A DNA stretch of 64,000 nt from Candidatus Nomurabacteria bacterium. GTDB lineage: Bacteria > Patescibacteriota > Patescibacteriia > HK-STAS-PATE-3. The position numbers and the translations under genes were made by a program. The notes under the pieces are model-generated. The model was not told the origin of the DNA. It saw nothing but the letters and a program-made list of their open reading frames with translations, and ran no database searches. Shown piece after piece: positions 55,386-64,000 of the stretch (position 1 is the stretch's first letter; every line of letters begins with the position of its first letter). Location of the stretch: assembly GCA_023898465.1 (NCBI GenBank), contig CP060223.1, positions 96,001 to 160,000 of the forward strand, in the 5' to 3' direction.

Positions 55386-55999
55386 TGCGACGCTTGCTAA
55401 TCCATGACCCAGAAGCATTATCTACTGCTGTTCGTGCGCTCAAAAACGGACAACTTATTATCTATCCTACTGACACTGCCTATGCTATTGGCGCAGATGC
55501 GACAAATGCGGCGGCTGTCCGGGCAGTCCAACAAGTGAAACAGCGTAGCGAGGCAAAACCACTTCCATTAATTGCTGCTGATAGTGCCCAAGTTGCTCAG
55601 GTGGCTATTTTACACCCTGATGAAGAGCTGCTGGCGAAGAAACATTGGCCCGGTCCGCTCAGCCTCTTACTTGACCGGAAAGGTGGATTACCAGAAGAAG
55701 TCACGTTAGGCCTGCCAAAAGTAGCCATTCGAGTACCACATATGCCGTTTGCTCGTGAGTTAGCCTTGCGACTCGGTCATCCAGTTGTGGCAACTTCAGC
55801 AAATATGGCTGGCATGGGCCCAAAGTATGATCCTGATGAGGTGCTGCATGAGCTAGTAAATAATAACCACAGCCCGGTCGTACTGATAGACGGAGGAGTA
55901 TTAGCAGAAGTACCGCCCTCAACCATTGCGGAGTGCCATAACGGAGAAGTGAAGATACATCGTCAGGGGCCAATTGTGATCCCGGGCGCCACAATATGA
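55385..55999 (+). CDS. tsaC: L-threonylcarbamoyladenylate synthase (YrdC/Sua5 domain)
   Basis: IIYPTDTAYAIGADA and ATSAN are YrdC-domain motifs. The protein is 204 aa. Confidence 0.85.
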   Translation: MRRLLIHDPEALSTAVRALKNGQLIIYPTDTAYAIGADATNAAAVRAVQQVKQRSEAKPLPLIAADSAQVAQVAILHPDEELLAKKHWPGPLSLLLDRKGGLPEEVTLGLPKVAIRVPHMPFARELALRLGHPVVATSANMAGMGPKYDPDEVLHELVNNNHSPVVLIDGGVLAEVPPSTIAECHNGEVKIHRQGPIVIPGATI

Positions 56000-56823
56000 G
56001 CGTGTATTCGCCAACTCAGTTGCAAGCCCTTTGCCGTCAATTTGGCATACGGCCTCAGCGACGTCGCGGGCAAAACTTTGTTATTGATCAACATTTGATT
56101 GATCGTATGCTGCAAGCGGCTGAAATAGACTCCGAGCATCCGATATTAGAAATTGGGCCGGGTTTTGGCGTTTTAACAGAAGCATTAGTGCAAAAAGCGT
56201 CTCAGGTAATAGCAATTGAACTAGAAAAAAAGCTAGCTGAACATTTGCAAAAGCGTTTTTCTTCCCAAAAAAATTTGACCATAGTGCAGAATGATTTTCG
56301 TTTTACTGATCTTGCTGCGCTGGGTCTCCAAGAGGCGGCATATGATGTAGTGGCTAATTTGCCGTATCAAATAACCTCCTTAGTTATTCGGCGTTTATGT
56401 AGCACGCATCCTCGTCCACGTCGTATCACCCTGCTCGTGCAAAAAGAAGTAGCTGAAAGGATTATTGCGCCATCAGGAGAGGCAAGCACGTTAAGTATTG
56501 CGGTGGCTTTTTATGCTCAGGCAAAGCTGGTCAGAACCGTTTCTCCGGCAGCTTTTTGGCCGCGGCCTCAGGTGAAATCAGCTATTCTGCGTCTTGATTT
56601 GCATAGTACCATTCCAAATGTTGACGAAAAACGCTTTTTCTCCATTGTGCGTTCGGCCTTTCAAGGTAAGCGCAAAAAATTGCGCAATTCACTTGCTTCA
56701 GTACTCGGAGTTGAACCAATAAAAGTCGAGGAAATATTGAGAAAACAGGGTATAAATCCAGAAGTACGAGCTCAAGATCTCTCACTTGAGAACTGGTTGA
56801 CAATCGCACAAGAAAAGCTTTGA
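55996..56823 (+). CDS. rsmA: 16S rRNA (adenine1518/1519-N6)-dimethyltransferase
   Basis: RRGQNFV, the SAM motif EIGPGFGVLT, and ANLPYQITS are present. Confidence 0.9.
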   Translation: MSVYSPTQLQALCRQFGIRPQRRRGQNFVIDQHLIDRMLQAAEIDSEHPILEIGPGFGVLTEALVQKASQVIAIELEKKLAEHLQKRFSSQKNLTIVQNDFRFTDLAALGLQEAAYDVVANLPYQITSLVIRRLCSTHPRPRRITLLVQKEVAERIIAPSGEASTLSIAVAFYAQAKLVRTVSPAAFWPRPQVKSAILRLDLHSTIPNVDEKRFFSIVRSAFQGKRKKLRNSLASVLGVEPIKVEEILRKQGINPEVRAQDLSLENWLTIAQEKL

Positions 56824-56839
56824 CGTAGCGGGACGAAAG

Positions 56840-56848
56840 TGCTATAAT
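56840..56848 (+). promoter_or_regulatory. Extended -10 promoter element (TGCTATAAT)
   Basis: A TGn plus perfect TATAAT lies 17 nt after the rsmA stop and about 40 nt upstream of the next ORF. Confidence 0.5.
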
Positions 56849-56886
56849 GATGGGGATTTCAAAAGGATTTTTTTCACTACACGATT

Positions 56887-57759
56887 TTGGCTTTTCAGGG
56901 GGAACAACCAGGGGAGAATGACAATACAAAGCTTTTCAATAATGCCCCAGAGCAAGGTAATCAGGTTCCGCCTGAGCAAAGTGGCTCGCGGGGCTTTTTT
57001 ATTGCGTTAATTTCCTTTGGCGCAGTTGGGCTTTTGCTCGGAATTGTGAGCTTGGCAAAGAATATTCAGTCACCTTTTGTACCAAATGCCAACCTCATTG
57101 CGGTGCAGCAGGACACCAATCAAGAAAACATCTCTGATTTGCAGCAAAGAGACACGGATGGAGATGGGTTAAGTGATTACGAAGAACTTTATCAATACAA
57201 CACTAGCCCGTATTTAGCTGATTCTGACTCGGATACCATTGATGATAAGAAAGAAATCGAGAGTGGAAACGATCCGAATTGTCCAAGTGGCCAGGATTGT
57301 ACCGGATTAGGCGTAAATACAAACACGAGTACAGTTGACGATGCATTGGGGCTTACTAATAGCTCCACCAATACATCCGCGACAAATACCAGTACGAGCA
57401 CGAGTGCGGTTGATATGGCACAGTTGCGTGAAGTGTTAAAGGCCTCGGGTGCTCCTGCCTACGTCGTGGATTCAACCGATGATGCTACTTTGCTTGAGCT
57501 TTACAACGAATTAGTAGCTGAGCAGGGTGGTGACTCGCTTGATACCAACTCGACAGATACAAATGCGAGTAACACGTCGACTGTTGATGACGCTACCACC
57601 TTACAACTTCTGCAAAGCTTATCAGCCAGCGAGATACGCGCACTTCTCATTCAAAGTGGCGTTGATCAATCATTAATCGATCAAGTAGACGATTCTGAGC
57701 TGCAGCAAATATTCCTTGATGCAGTGCAATCCGAGTTTTCCTCTGACTCCTCATCATGA
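56887..57759 (+). CDS. Membrane-anchored protein with thrombospondin-type-3-like Ca-binding repeats and S/T/N-rich tail
   Basis: The start is TTG (uncertain). The TM segment is FFIALISFGAVGLLLGIVSL. DTDGDGLSDYEE and DSDSDTIDDKKE are TSP3-like aspartate repeats. Confidence 0.6.
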   Translation: MAFQGEQPGENDNTKLFNNAPEQGNQVPPEQSGSRGFFIALISFGAVGLLLGIVSLAKNIQSPFVPNANLIAVQQDTNQENISDLQQRDTDGDGLSDYEELYQYNTSPYLADSDSDTIDDKKEIESGNDPNCPSGQDCTGLGVNTNTSTVDDALGLTNSSTNTSATNTSTSTSAVDMAQLREVLKASGAPAYVVDSTDDATLLELYNELVAEQGGDSLDTNSTDTNASNTSTVDDATTLQLLQSLSASEIRALLIQSGVDQSLIDQVDDSELQQIFLDAVQSEFSSDSSS

Positions 57760-60700
57760 TTCTGCCTTCTGAGCAATCAAAGAAGAAAAAGAGCGTGCGA
57801 GCAATCGCTAGTTTTCTGTTGCCAATGGTTTTACTGGTGACAGTGTTGGGAGTTGCCTTACCACGAGAAAGCAAAGCTCAAATTGGCGCAGTTGGCAGTT
57901 TGGCGGGATTTATTTGGAAGGAAGTAAAAGATTCAGCCCGTTATATTGCCACGCAGGCAAAAGCTGCTTTTGAAAAAGCTCAGGATACCAGTTACGCCAT
58001 TGCGTTTAAGAATAGCTTACGAGTTTTCTTAGGTAAGGTGGCAGAAGATACCGCCGTGTGGGTTTCCAGTGCCGGGACGGGCCAAAAGCCGCTCTTCATC
58101 ACTGATCCGCATTATTGGCGAAATTTGACCGATGCGGCTGGCGGCGACTTTTTGGATTCTATTTCCAAAGATGTTTTTGGAGTAAGTCTGTGTGAGCCGC
58201 TCGATGTGCAAAAGAAGGTTCAACTAGAAATTGCCACCCGCAATCTTATCAATCCTTTAAACGTGTGTGAGAACAGTTGTAACACGACATACAACAATAC
58301 AGCCGAGCAGCTAGGGAACATGAAATCGTATCTTGATCTTCAAGAACGTAAATCACAAGCAAGTCCGAATGCGCTTACCTATTGTCCTGATGAAGAGTTT
58401 CTGCTTGGCATTAGCACTCCAGACAATCCGAATGATCCCTCAACCTATGGCACACAGATGTCAGAGCTTGAGTGTTTTCAACTCATCTCAAACAACTACA
58501 ATCGTCGAAGGCAGCAGGCGACTTCAGAATTGACCTCATGTTTGCAAGATTGTAATCGCGGATCTCGTAAGTCATCCTGTACCGCAACCGCAGTATGGGG
58601 AAACATTCGAGACATTCAGGATTTCTCAGTAGAATTTCAAACTTACTTTAAGCCTGAGCAAAATGATATTGGTCAGATTCTTACCCTTTTCGGCTTGACT
58701 CAGCAAGCAGAAGAAGAGGCGAAGATTGCCGAAGAGACAATTCAGAATAGTAAGTTAGGCGCGGTAACTTCAACGCTTCGTACAGACATCCTTACCCCGG
58801 CCAGCTTGGTAGAAGAAAAAGCAGCCCAGCCTATTCGAGAGTCTTCAACAATTGATACTACGCAAACCGGATCCTTACTCGCTGATGTGGGTAATATTTT
58901 TGCGAACACCTTAACGCAGCGTTTAATGGAGAGATTCTTCCGCAGTAAGTGTGGATTAAATCCAAGCGCATGCGAGGGCCCAGGCCAAACAGACTCCAAA
59001 CTCGGCTCCTTACTCTTTAGCACACGGACTCCAAGCGGTCTGGCAGCTGCGCGACTCCAGTTCGCCAGCTTAGCTCGAATCGATTACACAACAGGAGATC
59101 CAGGTCGTTCACAAATAGCAGTATCAAATCAATTAGAAGCGCAAGGTATAATTAATTCCGGTTTCCGACAGGCTATTGATGAGCACATGACAGTGCGAGA
59201 AGCGTTGAACGCCGGCTTGCTAAATGCCAGCGCAACCTTTGGCTACGACGAAACAGACAATGAAGCGGAAAATGGAATTCCATACCGCTCCATCCTTTAT
59301 CTGCGTAAATATCGAGTCGTCCCTGTTGGCTGGGAGTTGGCCGCTGTGTATATCGGTTCAGATGCAGATAGACAGTCACATGGCTTAGGCGAACTCGTCG
59401 ACCTCTATGATTGGTGTGGACAGGACGCTGCACATGGTTTACCAAATCCAGATGATCCAGAGACACCATTGCCTTCACCATTCTGCGGATTGGTTGACCC
59501 GAGTTGGGTATTAAAAGCTCCTGACACGTACTGTCGACGTCAGGGCGCTGGTGATGAAATTATCCAACGTCGCTATGTGTGTGACACTGATACCAATGGC
59601 GATGGTCGAATTAATTGTAGCCTGAGCGATTTGGGTGGAGGGGATATTGGCTCCTGGATTATTTCACGAAATCAAGATACCTGCGTTGATGAGCCTAGCT
59701 GTGTGGCCGAAGATAGTGATGGGAATTGTCTCGCCTATGGATATTGCTATGAAGAAAAGCCGATTTGGCGTTTCGGCGGTGAAACCTGTAACGGGTACTA
59801 TGCTTCTTGTCGATCTTATACAAATTCAAGTGGCATTCAACTCGCTTACTTAAAAGATACCCTTGATGAGGGCGATTGTAATCCAGAGAATGCCGGTTGT
59901 CGCGCGTACTGCAGCGATGGCGAATACAATGCCGTAAATCAGACCTGGAGTTGTCGCTCTGATTCAGGTGATACTATATACTTTGATCGGGACGCGAGCT
60001 CATGTCCAGATGGTGCGGTTGGATGTACTGAATTAATTCGCACCGAAGCTGGATCAAACGTTTTAGCAAACGCTGGATTTGAATACTATACAGGTACCAG
60101 CGATGACGGCACTCGAGATACTTTTGGCTTCTGCAGTAATAATGGCGCTGCCTGTCAAACCAATGGAGACTGTGGACTCGGGGCAAGTTGTGAAGGTTGG
60201 AAAACTGATAACGGTGCCGTCCAACTACAAGCAGTCAGCGATGATGTGAGTGGCGTTGGTTCACCAGACACCATTGCAGTGCAAATGAGCGCCGGGGTTG
60301 GCAAGCTCATTCACGAAGCTGATGCCTATCAAGATTTGAGCGGCATGCAGATGACTTTCTCATACTACGCAAAAGCGCTTGGAGCAAGTTGTAGCGGCAC
60401 CTTTGGCGTACAAAGCGCTGATGCAATTTATGTGCCAGCCGCTGATGAAGAGGGTAGCGCTGAGTACACCGATCTCTGGCAGCAATATGCTGGAGTCTTC
60501 ACCTTCCCAGAATCAGCTTATACTAAGAGTAAGGTGCAGGCGTACATAAATAATCCGGGCTGCGGTATTTTGGTTGACTCAGCTAAATTAGAATTTAGTG
60601 CTGCGCAAACAGTGTACTCGGATTATCAGACGGTGAATGAAATTTCCATGCAAGTTCCACAGACCACTCTGCTGTCCAACGGAGACTTCAGCTTAGATGA

Positions 60701-63700
60701 TGGAACTGACTTCTTTAGCTACCCAGCCCCAGTTGATGGAGATAACTCTACCGCAGATGACAATATTCCAGACGGCTGGACACCACGAGCAGTAGGAAGT
60801 ATCGCAATTGATCGCACGCAAGGCCACTTTGATGATGAATCACTTCGGATTGACGCTAGTGGAGTGCGTAGCTATGCGGGCCAGCTTGTTCCAGTTGAAC
60901 AAGGTAAAACCTATGAAGTGAGCGGTTGGGTAAAGAGTCAATTGACTCCAAGTGGTGGTGATACTCCATTTGGCGCACTCATGACCGAATGTGTGTACAG
61001 TGCCAGCCATCCAAATGCTTACGAAACATTTAATCCTTCGGCTGATGAGCCAAGCGAGTGTCTCTTGTCTAACTTCGAAACCTACATTCGTCCTTCAGTT
61101 GAAGACGGTAACAATTATTATGTAACAACTGGGACGAGCGACTGGACTTATCTCCGCTATACCGTGACCGCAAATAATCCTGATATCGGCTTTATGCGAG
61201 TTGCTTGTACAAATGTGTCTCAGGATACAGGAGGCATTCAAGCTGATGGTTCTGGTACGGTTTGGTGTGATGATGTGAAGGTGGTGGAAACTCCACTAAG
61301 TTGTGACCGCGAAGAAGTTGGTTGTCAAAAATATCGACCAGTTGGGGCTGGTGATGCCGTAAATGGCGTAGTGCGTTCCAGCGACATTTGTCCGCTTGAT
61401 CAGGTTGGTTGCCGCCAATTCCGTGAAATGCCGATTGAACATGTGCCTCAGCGTGATGGCATTGATCCAGTCTACATTATTGAAAGTTCGGGAAACCAAT
61501 GTACAGCTGCCAGTGTGGGTTGTGAGGAATACACTAACCTTGACCTGGGTGAGTCAGGCGGAGAAGCCTTAGCGTACTTCTCACAAATTAAACAGTGTGT
61601 GAAGCCGACAGATCCAAACGCAGGTAACTTCTATACTTGGGAAGGTAGCGAACAAGCTGGTTATAACCTTCGTGCATACAAACTTCTCACGAGTAATGTT
61701 GATCAAGGTCCATGTACAAATCTTTCGGTCGGTACAACTACCAGCGATCCAATCTGTGAAGACGATAGCAATCCAATCGCTGAGTGTAGTGTGGATGACC
61801 TAGGCGTGAACCCTGATTGTACTGAATACTTTAACGATTCCGGCGAAGTCTTTTATCGCTTGAAGAGTCGAACAGTCACCGTCTCCAATGATTGTCACCC
61901 ATTCCGTAATTCAATTGACGCAGCTGCAGGTGAGGATAGTGTGTATCACGTGATTCCGAGCGAAGCAGTCACTTGTTCCGCCGCTGCAGCTGGTTGTCGT
62001 CAGTACAAGGGAACAACTGCAGATAGTAGCCGTACCGTCTACAATGAGAATTTTGAAAACGGCTCGGTGAACGGTTGGAGTGGGGGCGTGACCTATTCAA
62101 ATGAGTCAGTTAACTTAGGCGGTCACTCCATGCGCACGAGCGACGACACTCTTTTCTCAATCGATCTCTCAAACACCATTACTAACGGCCGAACCTACAG
62201 TATTCAGTTCTCCTATAAGGCTCGGCAGACCGGTGACCTAGCCTTTCAAATTCGCGATGAGCTAGGCGAGAGCTTTGGCAGCACGGTAGCTATTCGGCCG
62301 GGTGAAGAATGGGCGCAGTATGAGCTCGGACCAGTCTTTGTGAATTCAACCGGCGACCCGACCGAGTTTATCTTAGAATTTACCACTCCTTCAAGCCTAC
62401 CAGGCGGGTGGATCGATAATATTAAATTACGCGAATCAGTTGACAGTATTTATCGTATCAAGGGTACGACCTCGTCCTGTGATCCAGCAAATGCCGGATG
62501 TCGCCTCTATGTTGATAGCGCAAATAGCCCGGTGGCAGTTACCTCATTTAGTCATCTCTGCTCTGATCGGGCAGTCGGCTGTGAGGCAATGACAGTGACG
62601 CAAAATTCAGATTATCCTTTTGTGCAGGATGTACAAGATAATCCTGATAAGTTTATTCAAGGTGATCTGACTCTCGCGTATGTAAACTCCTCAAGCGCTT
62701 ATTGTCGGGCAGAGTACCAGGGCTGTACTGAGTATGGCGTTGCTTCCTATGATCAAAATAATGAAGTACTTGCATGGTCAAGCACGAATTTGATTAATGA
62801 TCCAGACACTTATCCGGTAGCACTTTGTCATCCGAGTCAGAATCGCTGTGAAGAGTACACCGAGAGTATTAGTGGCAGTAAGGCCTATTTCCGCGATCCA
62901 GGCAATCAAACCTGTGAATATCGTGAATCAGCTGCCTATGCTGGATTATTAGTAGACGGTTGGTTTATCACGGGCACAAATGAGCCATGTCCATCACAGT
63001 CGTTGACTTGCTTCGGCGGCACTCTGGCTGGTGAACCGTGTATGACGTCGGATCAGCAGCAAGCTTGTCTAAACAATAATGGCTACTGTATCGCCTATCC
63101 ATTAGACGGAGAAGTGAAAGAGGTAAATCTTATCTGTGGTTCAACCTGTTCAACTGGTGGATCAGTTGGTCAGGCTTGTGTGAATAATGGTCAATGCTCG
63201 AATGTGTGTGTAGGCGGCACGAATGCTGGTGCATCTTGTCTACGCAATGATGATTGTGGTGGAGGTGGTACCTGTGAGATAGGGCAGTGCGGTGATGGTG
63301 GTGTGCGGCCTTTCTGTGATGGTCGTCAAACCGGATCAACTCGACAAGATCAGGAAAATTGTTTGGCTGATGATGGGCTCTGTACGGCCATTCCTCAGGT
63401 AGGTCAGCCAGGGCGAACCTGTCAGGGTGGTCCAAACGACGGCCTGTCTTGTGCCAATGATGCATACTGTTCCAGTGTTTGTGCTGGTGGTACAAATGCT
63501 GATAACGCTTGCTTTAACGATAGCGATTGTCCAGGGAGTACCTGTGGCGTGGAAGCGAGTTGTGCAAATTACTGGGTTGGCACCTGCGAGCCGGCCGCTG
63601 CGGGATGTACGGAATTCCGTGACCCTCTTGATCCGCCGCAACAAGGAGCCTATCCAAATGGTTGTCAGGTGAATTGTACGCTGGCCACTGACCGTAATGA

Positions 63701-63896
63701 TAATCTCATTGAGGTAGATGCTGAGTGTCGACCTGGCTCAACAGCAGCGTCACAACCTGGCTGTCAGCCTTACTACATCTTGCGGCAAAGTATTACTTCG
63801 CAAGTTTCCGAATGTAATTCAACTATTGATTTCACTACCGGGTGTCAGCCATTCTATGACACCGCTAATCCAAATGCTAATTTTATAGGGGGTTAA
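57756..63896 (+). CDS. Giant (2046 aa) Cys-rich surface protein with three CBM/jelly-roll-like modules
   Basis: The ATG overlaps the upstream stop (ATGA). The N-terminal TM segment is AIASFLLPMVLLVTVLGVAL. There are at least 12 copies of a GC-x-x-[YF] motif. The jelly-roll-like modules lie at about 60055-60600, 60669-61292 and 62040-62440. A duplicated C-terminal Cys module lies at about 63195-63275 and 63468-63546. Confidence 0.85.
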   Translation: MILPSEQSKKKKSVRAIASFLLPMVLLVTVLGVALPRESKAQIGAVGSLAGFIWKEVKDSARYIATQAKAAFEKAQDTSYAIAFKNSLRVFLGKVAEDTAVWVSSAGTGQKPLFITDPHYWRNLTDAAGGDFLDSISKDVFGVSLCEPLDVQKKVQLEIATRNLINPLNVCENSCNTTYNNTAEQLGNMKSYLDLQERKSQASPNALTYCPDEEFLLGISTPDNPNDPSTYGTQMSELECFQLISNNYNRRRQQATSELTSCLQDCNRGSRKSSCTATAVWGNIRDIQDFSVEFQTYFKPEQNDIGQILTLFGLTQQAEEEAKIAEETIQNSKLGAVTSTLRTDILTPASLVEEKAAQPIRESSTIDTTQTGSLLADVGNIFANTLTQRLMERFFRSKCGLNPSACEGPGQTDSKLGSLLFSTRTPSGLAAARLQFASLARIDYTTGDPGRSQIAVSNQLEAQGIINSGFRQAIDEHMTVREALNAGLLNASATFGYDETDNEAENGIPYRSILYLRKYRVVPVGWELAAVYIGSDADRQSHGLGELVDLYDWCGQDAAHGLPNPDDPETPLPSPFCGLVDPSWVLKAPDTYCRRQGAGDEIIQRRYVCDTDTNGDGRINCSLSDLGGGDIGSWIISRNQDTCVDEPSCVAEDSDGNCLAYGYCYEEKPIWRFGGETCNGYYASCRSYTNSSGIQLAYLKDTLDEGDCNPENAGCRAYCSDGEYNAVNQTWSCRSDSGDTIYFDRDASSCPDGAVGCTELIRTEAGSNVLANAGFEYYTGTSDDGTRDTFGFCSNNGAACQTNGDCGLGASCEGWKTDNGAVQLQAVSDDVSGVGSPDTIAVQMSAGVGKLIHEADAYQDLSGMQMTFSYYAKALGASCSGTFGVQSADAIYVPAADEEGSAEYTDLWQQYAGVFTFPESAYTKSKVQAYINNPGCGILVDSAKLEFSAAQTVYSDYQTVNEISMQVPQTTLLSNGDFSLDDGTDFFSYPAPVDGDNSTADDNIPDGWTPRAVGSIAIDRTQGHFDDESLRIDASGVRSYAGQLVPVEQGKTYEVSGWVKSQLTPSGGDTPFGALMTECVYSASHPNAYETFNPSADEPSECLLSNFETYIRPSVEDGNNYYVTTGTSDWTYLRYTVTANNPDIGFMRVACTNVSQDTGGIQADGSGTVWCDDVKVVETPLSCDREEVGCQKYRPVGAGDAVNGVVRSSDICPLDQVGCRQFREMPIEHVPQRDGIDPVYIIESSGNQCTAASVGCEEYTNLDLGESGGEALAYFSQIKQCVKPTDPNAGNFYTWEGSEQAGYNLRAYKLLTSNVDQGPCTNLSVGTTTSDPICEDDSNPIAECSVDDLGVNPDCTEYFNDSGEVFYRLKSRTVTVSNDCHPFRNSIDAAAGEDSVYHVIPSEAVTCSAAAAGCRQYKGTTADSSRTVYNENFENGSVNGWSGGVTYSNESVNLGGHSMRTSDDTLFSIDLSNTITNGRTYSIQFSYKARQTGDLAFQIRDELGESFGSTVAIRPGEEWAQYELGPVFVNSTGDPTEFILEFTTPSSLPGGWIDNIKLRESVDSIYRIKGTTSSCDPANAGCRLYVDSANSPVAVTSFSHLCSDRAVGCEAMTVTQNSDYPFVQDVQDNPDKFIQGDLTLAYVNSSSAYCRAEYQGCTEYGVASYDQNNEVLAWSSTNLINDPDTYPVALCHPSQNRCEEYTESISGSKAYFRDPGNQTCEYRESAAYAGLLVDGWFITGTNEPCPSQSLTCFGGTLAGEPCMTSDQQQACLNNNGYCIAYPLDGEVKEVNLICGSTCSTGGSVGQACVNNGQCSNVCVGGTNAGASCLRNDDCGGGGTCEIGQCGDGGVRPFCDGRQTGSTRQDQENCLADDGLCTAIPQVGQPGRTCQGGPNDGLSCANDAYCSSVCAGGTNADNACFNDSDCPGSTCGVEASCANYWVGTCEPAAAGCTEFRDPLDPPQQGAYPNGCQVNCTLATDRNDNLIEVDAECRPGSTAASQPGCQPYYILRQSITSQVSECNSTIDFTTGCQPFYDTANPNANFIGG

Positions 63897-63897
63897 T

Positions 63898-64000
63898 ATG
63901 CATAATGCGCAGAAAGGAATTTTTACTCGATTCTCGATAAGCTTGGTTGCGGTTGCTACCCTCGCATTATTTGGAATTATAGGGTGGAGTGCGCCTACGC
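63898..64000 (+). CDS. Membrane-anchored protein, 3'-partial
   Basis: The ATG lies 1 nt after the giant gene's stop. MHNAQKGIFTRFSISLVAVATLALFGIIGW is an N-terminal TM segment. The ORF runs off the window. Confidence 0.45.
   Translation, partial: MHNAQKGIFTRFSISLVAVATLALFGIIGWSAPT

Overview
This 64-kb window is gene-dense bacterial chromosome. Hand counts of single 60-nt lines give about 45% G+C outside the left-end island. The standard genetic code is in use: leuS, tsaC and rsmA all end in TGA.

Most of the window is housekeeping:
- dnaG-rpoD
- groES-groEL behind a perfect CIRCE operator
- ppsA, trxB, lspA, leuS, tsaC, rsmA and an HU gene
- tRNA-Asn(GTT) and tRNA-Ser(GGA)

I found no rRNA, CRISPR array, transposase, integrase or reverse transcriptase.

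Observations that stand out:
1. An island of about 8.6 kb (about 729-9334) is clearly GC-richer, about 65% in sampled lines. It encodes only exported proteins I cannot assign to families. There are two copies of a module made of a beta-barrel-like protein ending in Phe plus a lipoprotein. Two further proteins share a private C-terminal domain. The units are separated by reiterated terminator-promoter junctions.
2. leuS carries an in-frame insertion of about 387 aa just before the CP1 editing domain. It looks like an alpha/beta serine hydrolase (GHSLG triad) fused to a Ham1/ITPase-like domain.
3. Two tandem paralogs (39035-41181) have diverged cores but nucleotide-identical termini.
4. A GC-rich, ORF-poor, hairpin-dense spacer of about 700 bp (34193-34907) contains a promoter-to-terminator unit that looks like an sRNA or leader.
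5. A cobalamin riboswitch precedes a DUF4430-like exported protein.
6. A 464-nt direct duplication of a Nudix gene brackets a 937-bp AT-rich insert.
7. A 5'-half fragment of tRNA-Ser, split in its anticodon by a 30-nt GC palindrome, lies upstream of the intact tRNA.
8. An LtrA-like gene has an in-frame TGA at an expected Trp.
9. A surface operon encodes a 2046-aa Cys-rich giant protein.

Limits: all family calls come from motif and architecture recognition by eye. No BLAST, HMM, folding or alignment program was run. Start codons are best guesses. I cannot establish taxonomy from the sequence.
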